64,000 bases of DNA, taken from positions 31,806,001-31,870,000 of the forward strand of contig OX597825.1 in NCBI GenBank assembly GCA_951406725.2. The letters are read 5' to 3'. The notes under the pieces were generated by a model. The model ran no database searches. It was not told the origin of the DNA and saw only the letters and a list, made by a program, of their open reading frames with translations. Below are positions 1 to 12,384 of this stretch, one piece after another. The DNA is from Octopus vulgaris (taxonomy: Eukaryota). Position 1 is the stretch's first letter, and each line of letters starts with the position of its first letter. The translations under genes and the position numbers were made by a program.

Positions 1-39
1 CAAAGAACTTCATCCTATTCCACAATTTTCTATCTTTAA

Positions 40-62
40 ATATATATATATATTTATATATA

Positions 63-115
<53 letters not shown>
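40..115. repeat. (TA)n microsatellite with a short (TG)n interruption
   Basis: Directly visible dinucleotide run. Confidence 0.95.
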
Positions 116-120
<5 letters not shown>

Positions 121-171
121 TGTGTAGTAGTTATGGCAAATTTAAGTGTTTCTCTATAGATTAAAAAAATT

Positions 172-225
172 GGCAAACTGCTTTAATTAATTTTCAACCC
201 TTACAGGGGTCTCATCAGGGTTGTC
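172..225 (-). ncRNA. Degenerate hammerhead-ribozyme-like motif (probable PLE relic, probably inactive)
   Basis: Minus strand reads gacaacc-CTGATGA-GACCC-ctgtaa-GGGTT-GAAA-attaattaaa-GCA-gtttgcc. Both core boxes and stem II are present, stem I pairs 5/7, and the cleavage triplet reads GCA rather than NUH. It lies near a (TA)n run. Confidence 0.45.
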
Positions 226-529
226 TACATTATTTCACCAACACCAGAGAAATAAGCAGCTAATCCATTTATATACTCAACAAATCCATCAACTTCAGAG
301 AACTGGTCCAACTGATTTGCATACCATATGCATGTGTGTTTGCGTTTGTGTGTGTGTATATATAAATCAATGTTGATTCACCAGAAGTGATATGTATGTA
401 TACATATAGATATATGTATAGATTATATCAGTACTAGCTGGCCCCATGCTGTCAAAAATGATGGCTAACTGTAGTATTTTATATATAATTAAGGTACAAA
501 ACCAAGTTTTTACTTTAGTAATTCTTTCA

Positions 530-740
530 TTACCAAATTTTTTTGTGAAAAATCTATCTGCAACTAACATTCCTTGACTGTTTGTTTCCTTCAAAAGAAT
601 TTTAAAGTTTTCCTTCCTTCTTGTACGACTTAAGGCCACATAAAGCTGGCCGTGACTAAATACATGAGTTGGCAAGTAAATACCAACTTTTTTCAAATCC
701 CTATCCTTGCAATTTGTTTATGGCCATGGCAAAAGCTGGT
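530..740 (-). pseudogene. Helitron RepHel PIF1-type helicase C-terminal relic
   Basis: Translates PAFAMAINKLQG*GFE, then after a frameshift KVGIYLPTHVFSHGQLYVALSR. These match the FAMTINKSQGQ and FSHGQLYVALSR motifs of PIF1/Helitron helicases; one stop and one frameshift. Confidence 0.85.
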
Positions 741-949
741 ATCACAGTTATGTCAATGTTATCTAGTGGTTGTCTTTTGAGATGTGACATTAATCATCAT
801 TTGTTACTGAAAGAACGTTGGTTCACACATACAAACATTCACATATTTCCCTTGTACACGCACAGACATACATACATATACTCACACAGAGCTGAAACGT
901 TGTTTGATCTTTCTTTTCAACATTGAATATTCATGATCCCACTTCCATT

Positions 950-990
<41 letters not shown>

Positions 991-1074
991 CATTTACATG
1001 CCTCTCTTTTACATACACACATATACTCATGCAGAGTTGAAACACTGTTTGATTTCTTTTCCACTGTAGAATTT

Positions 1075-1297
1075 CTTATTTCTTTATTGCCCACAAGGGG
1101 CTAAAAATAGAGGGACAAACAAAGGGATTAAGTCGATTACATCGACCCCAGTGTGTAACTGGTACTTATTTAATCGACCCCGAAAGGATGAAAGGCAAAG
1201 TCAACCTTGGCAGAATTTGAACTCAGAACATAACGGCAGACGAAATACCGCTAAGCATTTCGCCCGGTATGCTAACAATTCTACCAGGTTGCCGCCT
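1075..1297 (-). mobile_element. tRNA-derived SINE, family A (Meta-SINE-like central domain), with target-site duplication
   Basis: B box GAGTTCAAATTC and the domain GTTGACTTTGCCTTTCATCCTTTCGGGGTCGAT...AAGTACCAG on the minus strand. TSD tttccact(g/a)tagaattt at 1058-1074 and 1297-1313. Same family at 5807, 27274, 28364 and 42314. Confidence 0.9.
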
Positions 1298-1597
1298 TTC
1301 CACTATAGAATTTCCATCATCCCACTACCAGTTTGCCATCACCCCTTCCTTCTTTTTTCATCTATAACCCCTTCCTTTCTCATTCATATGTTGCGACAGA
1401 GAAAACTCAAGAGTATTATTATAGTAGATGTTCATATTTTTATGCCGTTGGTCATTCTGTTTCAGTTTTTATTCAAAGGTAACGCCCCCCACCACTAGAA
1501 TATTGACCTTCCCTGTTTCCCACATACAACTCAGTTCTAGAATAGGTACATAACAACAGTGTATGTTGTAAGAGGTAACTACTAAGCTTGCTGACAT

Positions 1598-1768
1598 CAT
1601 GGGTATCCAGCTGTAAAACATGGCCTCTGGAAACTTATCCAGACTTTGCTGGCATGGAAAAATCAGGCATAAAAACAATGATGATGATGGTAATGACGAT
1701 GATGATGAGGATGGTGGTGGTGGTGGTGGTGATGGTGGTGATTATGATGATGGTGATGATGATGATGG

Positions 1769-1815
<47 letters not shown>
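1598..1815 (+). mobile_element. 3' end of a family C SINE with an expanded (GAT)n/(GGT)n tail
   Basis: GGGTATCCAGCTGTAAAAC...GCATGGAAAA followed by about 140 bp of GAT/GGT repeats. Same 3' end as the copies at 11946 and 14888. Confidence 0.75.
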
Positions 1816-1817
<2 letters not shown>

Positions 1818-1954
1818 CCATGTTCTTCCTTGATGCTCTTCTGCATTTGTTTCTTTAACCCAGTTTTCTCAGCTGACCTTTCACATAATTAATGAAACTT
1901 CCAAAATTTCTCTCTAATTCTCTTGGAATTATACTATTTAATAAAATATATTGC

Positions 1955-1986
<32 letters not shown>

Positions 1987-2249
1987 CCTCCCTCCCTTTG
2001 CTAGCTAACTTTCCTCATTGGCAAAACAATCAGTCTTTCAAGACATGCTGCATCATTCTTCTCTTCATTCCTTTGTTCATGTTCCTCCAGAACAAAACGT
2101 GAAAAAAATATCTTCAACAGAAGTCTTATGGACAGCAAAACAAAACATATCAAATTTAGCTCAGAGACTAATTATTTATATATAACAACCATTTCTGTGA
2201 AATTAACCAAATTTTCTCTCACAATCTCTAGAAATTATACTGTTTAATA

Positions 2250-2367
<118 letters not shown>

Positions 2368-3115
2368 TTCTTCAAACTTTTTCATTCACAAACTTCTCTT
2401 TCTTTCTCTCTTTCTCTTCTAATTTTTTCGCAACTGAAGACTTTTACTATCTCCCACATTGTTGTCTGTCTCATTAACAAAGCTCACACCACCATATCCA
2501 CCATCACCACCATCACCACCAGCACCACAAGCACCACCAGCACCACCACCATGCTTGGGAAACATGTTCCTACAGAGCAAATTGCGTAAATGGCAATACC
2601 ACAGCGGCTTTTATGGACAGTAAAACAAAAACATCAAATTAAGTTAAGGAAATAATTATTTATTTAATAACACTATCATCGTGAAATTCACCAAATTCCC
2701 TATTTAGCAAACATGTCTTCTCATTAGTACGGTGTTCCACACCCCTCCCACCTTACCCCACCCTTCAGTCCCCTTAATCACCTCTCCCCATTACGCCATT
2801 ACCAGCCATCATTACTCTAGCTATCCTGCTAATTGTATGAGAGTGAAGAAATTTCTACAAAAGGGAGGCAGCTGTGTCATCTTAATAGGACTGCTTTCGA
2901 TTGTGAATCAACCCTGGAGCAGAGGGTAGCCTGGAGCCAAACAACGACTAATTAAGCCCCCTACCCTTTTATTATCTCATTATAATTACACTTAGCTGTT
3001 CAATGAAAAGACATGGGTCCTTAGCCATCTTGAAGGCAACCCAAACTACAAGAACATGGAGGAAGCTTCAACTTTGACAGTCATGATAAGAGAAATCCAT
3101 CTTGGAGAGCAATAA

Positions 3116-3506
3116 TCTCTATATGTAAAGCTGAAGTTGTCTGTGTATGTCAGGTTTGGTAGCCTTCAACTAACACTTTCTCCTCCGAGATCCTGCAGCG
3201 CAAGTTGACCAAAATTGAGAGTATGATAGAAGAAGGCTTGCTCTTCATTCTGTAGAAGATAAAATTCAAATTGGAACATGTTAACACCAAAAATTATTTA
3301 CATTAAAAAGGTGCTTTTTTTCTATGAAAATCCCTATTTTTTACGATTTTTTTACTGCTTTGTTGCCATTTTTTTGGTGTATTTCAACCAGAAAAATGTT
3401 CACTTAAAGAGAATAACAAGCTACATAGTGCAAAACTTTTACTTTTCAAAAATTCCAATTCTAAAGGGTCGAAACAAACCCAAGCAATGCCAGGCGATAC
3501 TGCTAG
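3116..3506 (+). mobile_element. Non-autonomous Helitron (complete)
   Basis: 5' end A|TCTCTATATGTAAAG; 3' end CCCAAGCAATGCCAGG (decayed hairpin)-CGATACTG-CTAG|T. Inserted in an AT dinucleotide with no TSD. Confidence 0.85.
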
Positions 3507-3914
3507 TTCTGAATAAAAGTCTTTATGGAAGTGGGGCAGCTTGCAGAAAAGGCATCCGGTCTAGGAGATCACAGCAGTAATTCTATATAAAAACTAATAC
3601 TACATAGGAGAGAAGAACACTTTAGACTTGACAAACAACCTTTGATACTGATGCTTATGGAACAATATAATACATTCAGTCAAAGTTTTTAAGTGATTTT
3701 GCAATAGGAAGAGCATCCAGCTAATAAAACAATTTCAGAACCACAACAGTCACAGATACAATGAAATACTGTAATTTTGTATATAAGACTACCACTTACT
3801 ATCATTAGTGACTCAGAGGAGAGGAAGTGATGACTGGCTGTACAGAAAAGGTAATGGTAAAGTGTAACTGGAGTAGATTTTCTTACTTACATCTGGAGAG
3901 TAATATAATAAACA

Positions 3915-4310
3915 TGTAGTTGCTTCTCAACCACATGGTTCTGCATTCAGTCCTACTGCATGGCATCTTGGGCAAGTGTCTTTTAATTATAGCCTTGGGC
4001 CAACCAAAGCCTTGGGACTTAGTAGATAAGAACAGAAAGAAGCCTGTTGTGTGTATTTACATATATATATATATTAGATATATTCATATATATATGTGTG
4101 TGTCTTTGTACCTCACCAGCTCTTGATAATCGGTGTTGGTGTGTTTATGTCCCTGCAAATTAGCAGTTTGGCAAAAGCGGCTGATTGATTAAGTACTGGG
4201 TTTTAAAAAAATAAGTACTAGGGTCAATTCATTCAACGATAAATTTCTCCAAGGCAGTGCTCCAGCATGGCCACAGTCTAATGACTAAAACAAGTAAAAT
4301 TTAAAAGATA
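3915..4310 (+). mobile_element. tRNA-derived SINE, family B (older copy)
   Basis: CAACCACATGGTT...TTGGGCAAGTGTCTT, internal (TA)/(TG) run, and 3' end CCAGCATGGCCACAGTCTAATGACTAAAACAAGTAAAA. Confidence 0.8.
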
Positions 4311-4334
4311 AACGATACATATACACATGCACAA

Positions 4335-4780
<446 letters not shown>

Positions 4781-5113
4781 AAAATAAAAGATGCACATCC
4801 ATATACACATGTATATACATATGGCCCATGTTCAGCTTATGAGGTTCTATGCCACTGTTTGTGCTTTTGCATAAACAGTTCTTTTCTAGATTTGTCTCAT
4901 CATGTTCCACATGTTTCCACCATATGGATAACTGGTACAGCAACATAGAATTTCTCATCCTTGTAGAAAGATTCAATGTTATGATTTCATTTTGCTTTCC
5001 TCTGTTAATTTACCTTTCCCTGTAGAAACATTATATATAAAATAACATGGAAGTCTGAGTAACTTAATTATTTTAGATTAATTAGATTTCAGTAATTATA
5101 ACTAAACTGCTCA

Positions 5114-5177
<64 letters not shown>

Positions 5178-5252
5178 CTCCATCCCGCTATTTCTTTCTC
5201 TGTCAAGTATAAATGCATACACATGCATGCATATTCACAGTCTCAAGTGCAC

Positions 5253-5283
<31 letters not shown>

Positions 5284-5806
5284 TAAAACACTGACACAAA
5301 TTATTCATATTTTCAAACACACATCTGCATCCCACCCCCATACACACATACACACATATAAACATATACACTCTCACACACAGAAACCACATCACACTAA
5401 CATACATATACACCAACCCGCATACATACATATTATCAAACACATTTTCTCATAAATACTTGACTCAGACTATCTGAACTGCAAACAGGTACCATGAAGT
5501 GGTACACAGATGAGTGAACATTAATTAGATATCATGTGGCGGCATGTAAGGCTCTGAATTTTTCATCAATTCACAGAGATGTAAAAGAAGTTTTCATGAG
5601 ACTTACAGATCATTTATGTGTGTATGGTAGACCAGTCACTGTCACAGGTTATGGACCAGTCACTGTTGCGAGGTACAAGACACTTTGTCCAGTATTCTAA
5701 CAATTTCATCAATCTTTATCTTTAGAACAATGTTTTACTTTATCAACCCCCAAAACAGATGCAAGGCAAAGTTGGCCTTGGTAGAATTTGGACTCAGAAC
5801 CCAGAG

Positions 5807-6060
5807 GGCAGAAACGTTAGCATGCCAGGCAAAATGCTTAGCAGTATTTCGTCTGCCATTCCATTCTGAGTTCAAATTCCGCCGAGGTCGACTTTGCCTT
5901 TCATCTTTTTGGGGTCGATAAATTAAGTACCAGTTATGCACTGGGGTCGATAAATTAAGTACCAGTTATGCACTGGGGTCGATGTAATCGACTTAATCCC
6001 TTTGTCTGTCTTTGTTTGTCCCCTCTATGTTTAGCCCCTTGTGGGCAATAAAGAAATAAA
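5807..6060 (+). mobile_element. tRNA-derived SINE, family A, with an internal 32-bp tandem duplication
   Basis: GGCAGAAACGTTAG head, B box GAGTTCAAATTCC, GGGGTCGATAAATTAAGTACCAGTTATGCACT present twice, tail AATAAAGAAATAAA. Confidence 0.9.
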
Positions 6061-6229
6061 AAATATTGCATGACACTTTGTCTAACACTAATGATCCTGT
6101 TTGTTTTTAACCTATATTCACAAATCCAATGCTTCTGATAAGTCATACAACGCCTCAACACATCTGAAGACCATAGTGCATGTTTCTTTCTCTCACAAAG
6201 TGACTGAAAGTTTGAAGAAGGACCTGTTC

Positions 6230-6917
6230 ATAAATTACAAGAAGGCAAAGTGTGTGGTGGGGACTAAAGAAGGGAAGCTCAAAGTGCATGCTGAAAGCAA
6301 ACAATTAAACCATTAAGCAGGTATCATCACTTCAGCTACTTTGGAACTTTGATTACAGAAGAATCAAGAATGTATAAAGGAGATTAAAAGATGGATAGTA
6401 CTGGCAAAATCTGCATTTTCAAAATTGTATGACATCTTGAGAAATCATACTCTGAGCATCAAGACTAGGATCTGTGTATTGAGCTGCTATGTTTACATTA
6501 TGTTAATGTATGAAAGTGGGGCATGGACTATAACGTCAGAAAGGGGAAGGAGCTTGGTGAGCCGTGGGATATAGTTCTTAAGGGGAATATTGAGGATAAC
6601 ATGGACAGACAAAGTGTCTAATGAAGAAGTGGTAACCCCTGGGCTTTGTGAGGTAAGGACCAAGCAACTGAGATTTCTTAGTCACATAGCGAAGAAAGGG
6701 AGCCTGGAGAATCTAGCAATGACTGGAAAGATTGAAGGGAAAGAAAGCAGAGAAAGAAGAAGGATGATATGGATGTCAAGTTTGATGAACTGATTGGAAT
6801 AAAGGGGCATTAAACATCGGGGAGTGGAACTATAACAGTAAACAAATAACAGAAAAATATGGAAGGACATGATTGTCTATGGCCTACATTCTGGAGATGG
6901 CACCTAAAGAAGAAGAC
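6230..6917 (+). mobile_element. RTE-clade LINE 3' fragment (degenerate)
   Basis: Translates (with frameshifts) FSYFGTLITE, KEIKRWIVLAKSAFSKL, LMYESGAWTI, LRITWTDKVSNEEV, QLRFLSHIAKK and GKIEGK. Ends in an (AAG)n tail. Confidence 0.85.
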
Positions 6918-7284
6918 TGCTTGTTCCAACATGTAGTGATTTAACAAATGTAGATGCAGTGTGACAGTCAGGGAAAAATTGTGCGTGGGATGAGATGACT
7001 GGGACCTGCTGTTTAGGCACTGGTAATATGGCACGACTGACTGAACATTCCATCTGTCTTGGCAATAATAATTGTTGTCACTAAAGGCAAACACATGCAT
7101 ATAGACACAGACACATACACACAAACAAACACACACACACACATGCACACACAAGTGCAGAAATACACACATACAGATAAAAAGAATTAGAGAGACAGAC
7201 AGAGAATGATGGAGGGAAAGAGTGACATTAAAATATATTAATTGATTACAATTGACAGGAAGACTTTCCCTCTTCTTATACACA

Positions 7285-7912
7285 TTCTTCTTCTTTATGC
7301 CTTTAACCCTCCAACGCGGAGTATAGGCCACTTATAGTTGAATTCCATGTCGCATAATTTTTGGCTTCTGTACTTATACTCTGCCATGAATGTCCCCCTT
7401 TCTCTAGTTCCTTTTGTGTTGATCTCTACCACGAGTTCTTAGGCCTACCTCTCCTTCTATATCCATCCGGTCTCCATTATAAAGCACTTTTCACTACATT
7501 TGGTGTGTCTTTTCTAATTGTGCTACCAATCCACTTCCACCTTTTCTTAAATATTTGCTCCCTAATCGAAACTTGATTTGTTCTTTGCCATAGCTCCATA
7601 TTGCTTATGTGTTCGGGCCATCTAATTTTAAGTATACTACACAAGCATCTGTTGATGAATGATTGTATTTGCTTATTTGACTTAACTGTTGTTCGCCATG
7701 TCTCAGCCCCATACAATAACACCACTTTTATGTTAGTGTTAGAAATTCTTATTTTGTTCTTTATTGAAATTACACTTGCACTCCATACTTTCTTTAACAG
7801 GTGAAAAGCAGTCCTTGCCTTTCTTATTCTCGTCTTAATATCTTTGTCAGTGCAGCCTGAAAACATTATCTTACTACCTAAATATGTAAACTCTGCTACA
7901 TCCTCTAGTTTC
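7285..7912 (-). mobile_element. RTE-clade LINE 3' fragment
   Basis: ORF 7477-8070 contains EDVAEFTYLGS, DIKTRIRKARTAF, VLLYGAETW, ILKIRWPEHISN and RWKWIG. (AAG)n tail at about 7285-7296. Confidence 0.9.
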
Positions 7913-8596
7913 CTATACACATAGGGAAATATATTCACAGAGACAGAGACAAAGAGAAAGAGAGAGAGAGAAAGAGAAGAGAACGAGAGAAATATTAAAA
8001 TGTCTGATGTGAAATAAATCAATACTGAACCAGCAATACCAAATAGATGGCACCAAAATAACTGTACCAAAAAGCCTCATACTCCATTGTGTTTCATTGA
8101 CTGTCTTGAGGTTCTTTGGTGGCCACAGCAAAGAAGATAAGAAACATAATTGTTGTTCTTCTTATTGTTGGTGGTCACAGGCTAGCAGTAGGCCTCTCAG
8201 TTCAGTCAGTTGCCCAGGACCTCATGGGTTACAGGTTGCTATGTCATGTGGCTACCCATTACTGTAGCTGCAGGAAAGAGAAACTTTCACACGGCTGCAT
8301 GAATTAAACTATAAAGCAAACATATTTACTAATGGTTGTCCACAATTTAAGAAAGATTAAAATTCTTTGGCAATTTTGTCAATAGAAAATGATACAGTAA
8401 AAAAAGTCACAGTAATTGCAATGAAAACATCTGAACAGAAAAATGTTTTAGTAATGTTATTATAAGTGTTTTCAGCATCTGTTCTTAATGTTCCCATTAT
8501 TTAATTTATTGAGGGAAAAATTATTACATCTACATGAGATTAAGAGCATTCTTCAGACTTTCTTCTGCTAATCCTCCACTTCTGATTTATTTGTAA

Positions 8597-8993
8597 CTAG
8601 CAGTATCGCCCGGCGTTGCTCAGGTTTGTAAGAGAAATAACTATATAAGCATTTTTAGAGAGTTATAGCCAAAAAATAGCAAAAAATGCATTAAAAATGG
8701 GAAAAAAATGATGGTAAATTTTTTTTTAAATCGTTGACTCATCGTAGACATTTTTAGAGAGTTACTTCCCTTATATAATAGCGAAAAAATGCATTAAAAT
8801 GGAAAAAGATGATGGTAAATTTTTTTTTAAATCGTAGACTCATCGTAAACACGCGCTAATACTCAGAAGGGCTCGATATGAATCACGACTATAAGATACC
8901 CGGTTTTGGTTAAACTGCACTGCAAAATGTGGGAGTAGTTAGGAATCTAAATCGTAGGAGACAGACACACAACCTCTCTTTTATATATAAAGA
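8597..8993 (-). mobile_element. Non-autonomous Helitron (complete) with an internal ~100-bp tandem duplication
   Basis: Minus strand: A|TCTTTATATATAAAAGAG ... CCTGAGCAACGCCGGG hairpin-CGATACTG-CTAG|T. Internal repeat units at about 8650-8748 and 8749-8846. Confidence 0.9.
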
Positions 8994-10459
8994 TTAAAAG
9001 TGTTGAGATTATTGTTAGTAAACTAGTTACTTTCTGTCTATCTGTCTTTCTGTCTGGCTGTCTGGCTGTTTCTCTCTCTCTCTCTCTTAGTCATGACTGG
9101 ATATGAACTCTTCTTGTTGTGTCCCATCTTTTCATTTTAGCTTCTGTATTATACTAAACATGCTATTTCTACAAGTTTTTCCTCTGAGTGAAAAATTTAA
9201 AAAGATGTTCTTGTAAGGACACCGGAGTTCAGTTTGCTCAGATACCAGGGACCCTAAGGCAGGTTCTGCTGCTGGGATGTGTCCTTGTTTATCCCATTGT
9301 TTTTTTGAGGTGGGTATGGGGTGGGGGAGTGGTAAAAAGAACATGTACCCTGTTATTCTGCAATTTTGGTTAGATATCTACCCAATGGAATGATTATCAT
9401 AAGTCTGGTTATTATTCAATAGCCACAAGGTGGAATACTGTCAGAATCATTAGCCAGACGAAATGCTTTACAACATTTCTTCCAGTTTTATGTTCTGAGT
9501 TCAAATTCCACCAATGTTGACCTTGCTGTTTGTTTTTTTGAAGTCAATAAAATAAGTATTTGTTGAGCCCTGGATCAATGTAATCAACTAGACTTCTCCC
9601 CACAAAATTTCGGGCCTTGTAAGAATTATTCAAGAATCATTTTAATGGTGTACTTATGATTCTACATAGATTATGAGAAGGAAAAACATGACTTTTTTCA
9701 AAGCCTCCAAGACTAGTTGAAGAGTGAGATTGAAAGTAGTACCCTCAAGCCAAAGATGTGGCCTGAATGCTTGTAACAAAGTAAACTTTGTTAAAGGCAC
9801 CCAAGATGCCAAGTATTGGTCTTAAACCATAAGATAGATTAAGTCTATCATCCAAGTAGGCCATGTTGGGATTTGAACTCAGAATGCAAAGAACCAAAAC
9901 AAATACTACAAGGAATCCATTCTGGCGTTCTTAAATTTTCATCAATCATCATTTTATCAACTCTGAAATAACAGAAGGCAAAATGGGATTTGGCATGATA
10001 TGAACTCAGAACAAAGATGTTCAAAACAAACACCACAAGATATTCCATCTGATGTTTTAAAAGCTCTGCCAATTTGTTGCCGAAATAATCCTTTAAAATT
10101 TCTTAAAACAGAAAAAATACTATTATTTCATAGATACATGAAATTCACGCTCCATAATATGTTTATTCATTTGTACATTCACTTTTCTCTGTCATTGTCA
10201 TCCTCATCATCATCAATTAGCTTTTTTATTCTTCCGGAGGTTGATGCAATAAGCAGTAGTTATGGCATTAATTCAATCAATTAACTCCTTCCCTACCATT
10301 TTATGGCTTTGTGCCAAAGTAAAAAATCAATATTTATCAAATTTAAATGCTCGTTTAGCACCTGGTCTATATTTAATCAAACCCAGTGGCACAAAAATTG
10401 AAGTCTACCTCAAACATAGCTAAGAGAAACAAGCACTTTCACACACACATATACACATG

Positions 10460-10890
10460 ATGGACCTTTAGTTTCCATCTACCAAATTCATTCACAAGGC
10501 TTTGGTTAGCCTGAGGCGGTAGTAGTGGACACTTGCCCAAAGTGCTATGCAGTAGGGCTGAACCTGAAACCATGCAGTTGGGAAATGAACTTCTTACCCA
10601 CCTAGCCATGCCTGCACCTATACGATAATGAAGGTTCCAGTTGATCCAATCAACAGCCTGCTTGTGAAATTAAATGTACAAGTGGCACTCCAAAGAATTG
10701 TATACCCTTAACGTAGTTTTCAAGGAGATTCAGCATGGCACAGAATGTAACAAGGCTGGGCCCTTTTGAATTACAGGTATAATTCATTTTTGCCAGGAGC
10801 AATGTGAAATAGTCTTACTTAAAGACAATATGCAGCCAGGAATTGATCTCAGAACCTTACGATTATCCTAACCACTAAACCACATACCTT
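10460..10890 (-). mobile_element. Adjacent family B and family D SINEs
   Basis: 10460-10620 matches the family B head. 10622-10890 has GGTTCCAGTTGATC...CCCTTAACGTAGTT...ACAAGGCTGG, which recurs at about 33350-33720, 53480-53700 and 54010-54160. Confidence 0.7.
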
Positions 10891-10894
10891 CACT

Positions 10895-11367
10895 ATACAT
10901 ACATACATACATACATACATACATACACACACACATACATACACACACACATACATACACACACACATACATACATACATACATACATACATACATACAT
11001 ACATACATACCTACGTTCATACATACATACACATACATACATATATACATACACAGATACATACATACATACATACGTTCATACATACATACATACATAC
11101 ATACATACACACATACATACATACATACATACAGACATACACACATACATACATACAGACATACACACATACATACATAAACACATACATACAGACATAC
11201 ACACATACATACATACATACATACATATGTACATACATACGTACGTACATACATACATACATACATACATACATACATACATACATACATACATACATAC
11301 ATACATACATACATACATACACACATACATACATACACACATACATACATACATACATACATACATA
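10895..11367. repeat. (CATA)n microsatellite, about 470 bp
   Basis: Directly visible; source of the spurious MYVC ORFs. Confidence 0.95.
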
Positions 11368-11375
11368 TTTATGTG

Positions 11376-11660
11376 AGGGCACATAGCTTAATGGTTAGAG
11401 TGTTGCCCTCAAGATCTAGCAATCATGATTTCAGTTCTTAGACTGAGTTGAGTTCTTGAGCAAAACATTTCATCTCATGTTGCTCTGCAATCACTTCAAC
11501 ACTTGACTCATGGTACACCATGCATCTGCTCAGAGAATGTCGATTTGGTGGAGAGAGTGGGATAATGTGCAACACGAGCATTTGCTGACTATAATCAAAT
11601 CATTTATGCAGGTTGTCTGGCAAAAGCTGAACGTTCATATGTTGTCTTTGACGGGAGAGT
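11376..11660 (+). mobile_element. tRNA-derived SINE (family D-like head)
   Basis: GGCACATAGCTTAATGGTTAGAG A-box-like head and TTCTTGAGCAAAACATTTCATCTCATGTTGCTC. Related copy on the minus strand at about 27000-27240. Confidence 0.65.
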
Positions 11661-11681
11661 CCTTCATATATATATATATAT

Positions 11682-11830
11682 GTTTATATATTTGTTTTGC
11701 AAGATTTTCGATGTGAAATCGTGTGTTGAAACAGATATTGTTATATTTAGGAATGGTCATTTTGCCAGTTTAGCCAATAAAAATAAAAACACACGCACTA
11801 TATATTTGGTGTTACTTTGCTTCACCACTG
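11682..11830 (+). mobile_element. Short (TA)n-embedded repeat, probable PLE terminal fragment
   Basis: Near-identical sequence at 30811-30982, where it forms an inverted pair. Flanked by TA runs on both sides. Confidence 0.55.
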
Positions 11831-11945
11831 GGTATATATATATATATATACACAGTGGTGGGCATGATTCTGCTAATCCACTAACAGTTAATTAGTAAAG
11901 CTAACTTTTCATTTAGCAGATTAGCATTTTGCTAACTTTGGTGGT

Positions 11946-12380
11946 CATCATCATCATCATTTAATGTCCGCTTTCCCTGCTGGCATGGGTTGGACGATTT
12001 GACTGAGGACTGGCAAGCCAAGAAGCTGCACCAGGCTCCAATCTGGATTTCTACAGCTGGATGCCCTTCCTAATGCCAACCACTCCAAGAGTGTTGTGGG
12101 TGCTTTTTACATGCCACTGTCATGGGGGGAGGGGCAGTCAGTTGGCACTGGCATCCACCATGCTCGAATGGTGCTTTTTACATGCCAGCAGCACCGGAGC
12201 CAGTAAGTCAGCACTGGCAACAACCACACTCAAATGGTGCTTTTTACATGCCACCGGCACAGGACTAATCAGGCATCACTGGCATTGACGACGCTCATAT
12301 GGTGCTTTTTACTTGCCACCAGCACAGGTGCCAGTCAGGCAGTATTGGCATCATCCACGACAATGATTTCACTTGACTCA
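11946..12380 (-). mobile_element. Family C SINE-like element with about four internal 60-bp tandem repeats, inserted in the hAT element
   Basis: (CAT)n tail-TTTAATGTCCGCTTTCC...GGATGCCCTTCCTAATGCCAACC and repeated GGTGCTTTTTAC(A/T)TGCCA units. Confidence 0.8.
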
Positions 12381-12384
12381 GCTC

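Noticed and set aside
1588-1892. ORFs encoding poly-Met, poly-Asp and poly-Gly
   Set aside because: Translation of a (GAT)n/(GGT)n SINE tail; no coding signal.
7477-8070. 197-aa ORF as a host gene
   Set aside because: The C-terminal three quarters are RTE ORF sequence and the N-terminus is microsatellite read-through.
10868-11384. Long MYVC-repeat ORFs
   Set aside because: Read-through of the (CATA)n microsatellite.
12100-12350. Regularly spaced ~60-bp repeats that could be mistaken for a CRISPR array
   Set aside because: The whole unit is repeated with no unique spacers, it is internal to a dispersed eukaryotic retroelement, and there are no cas genes.
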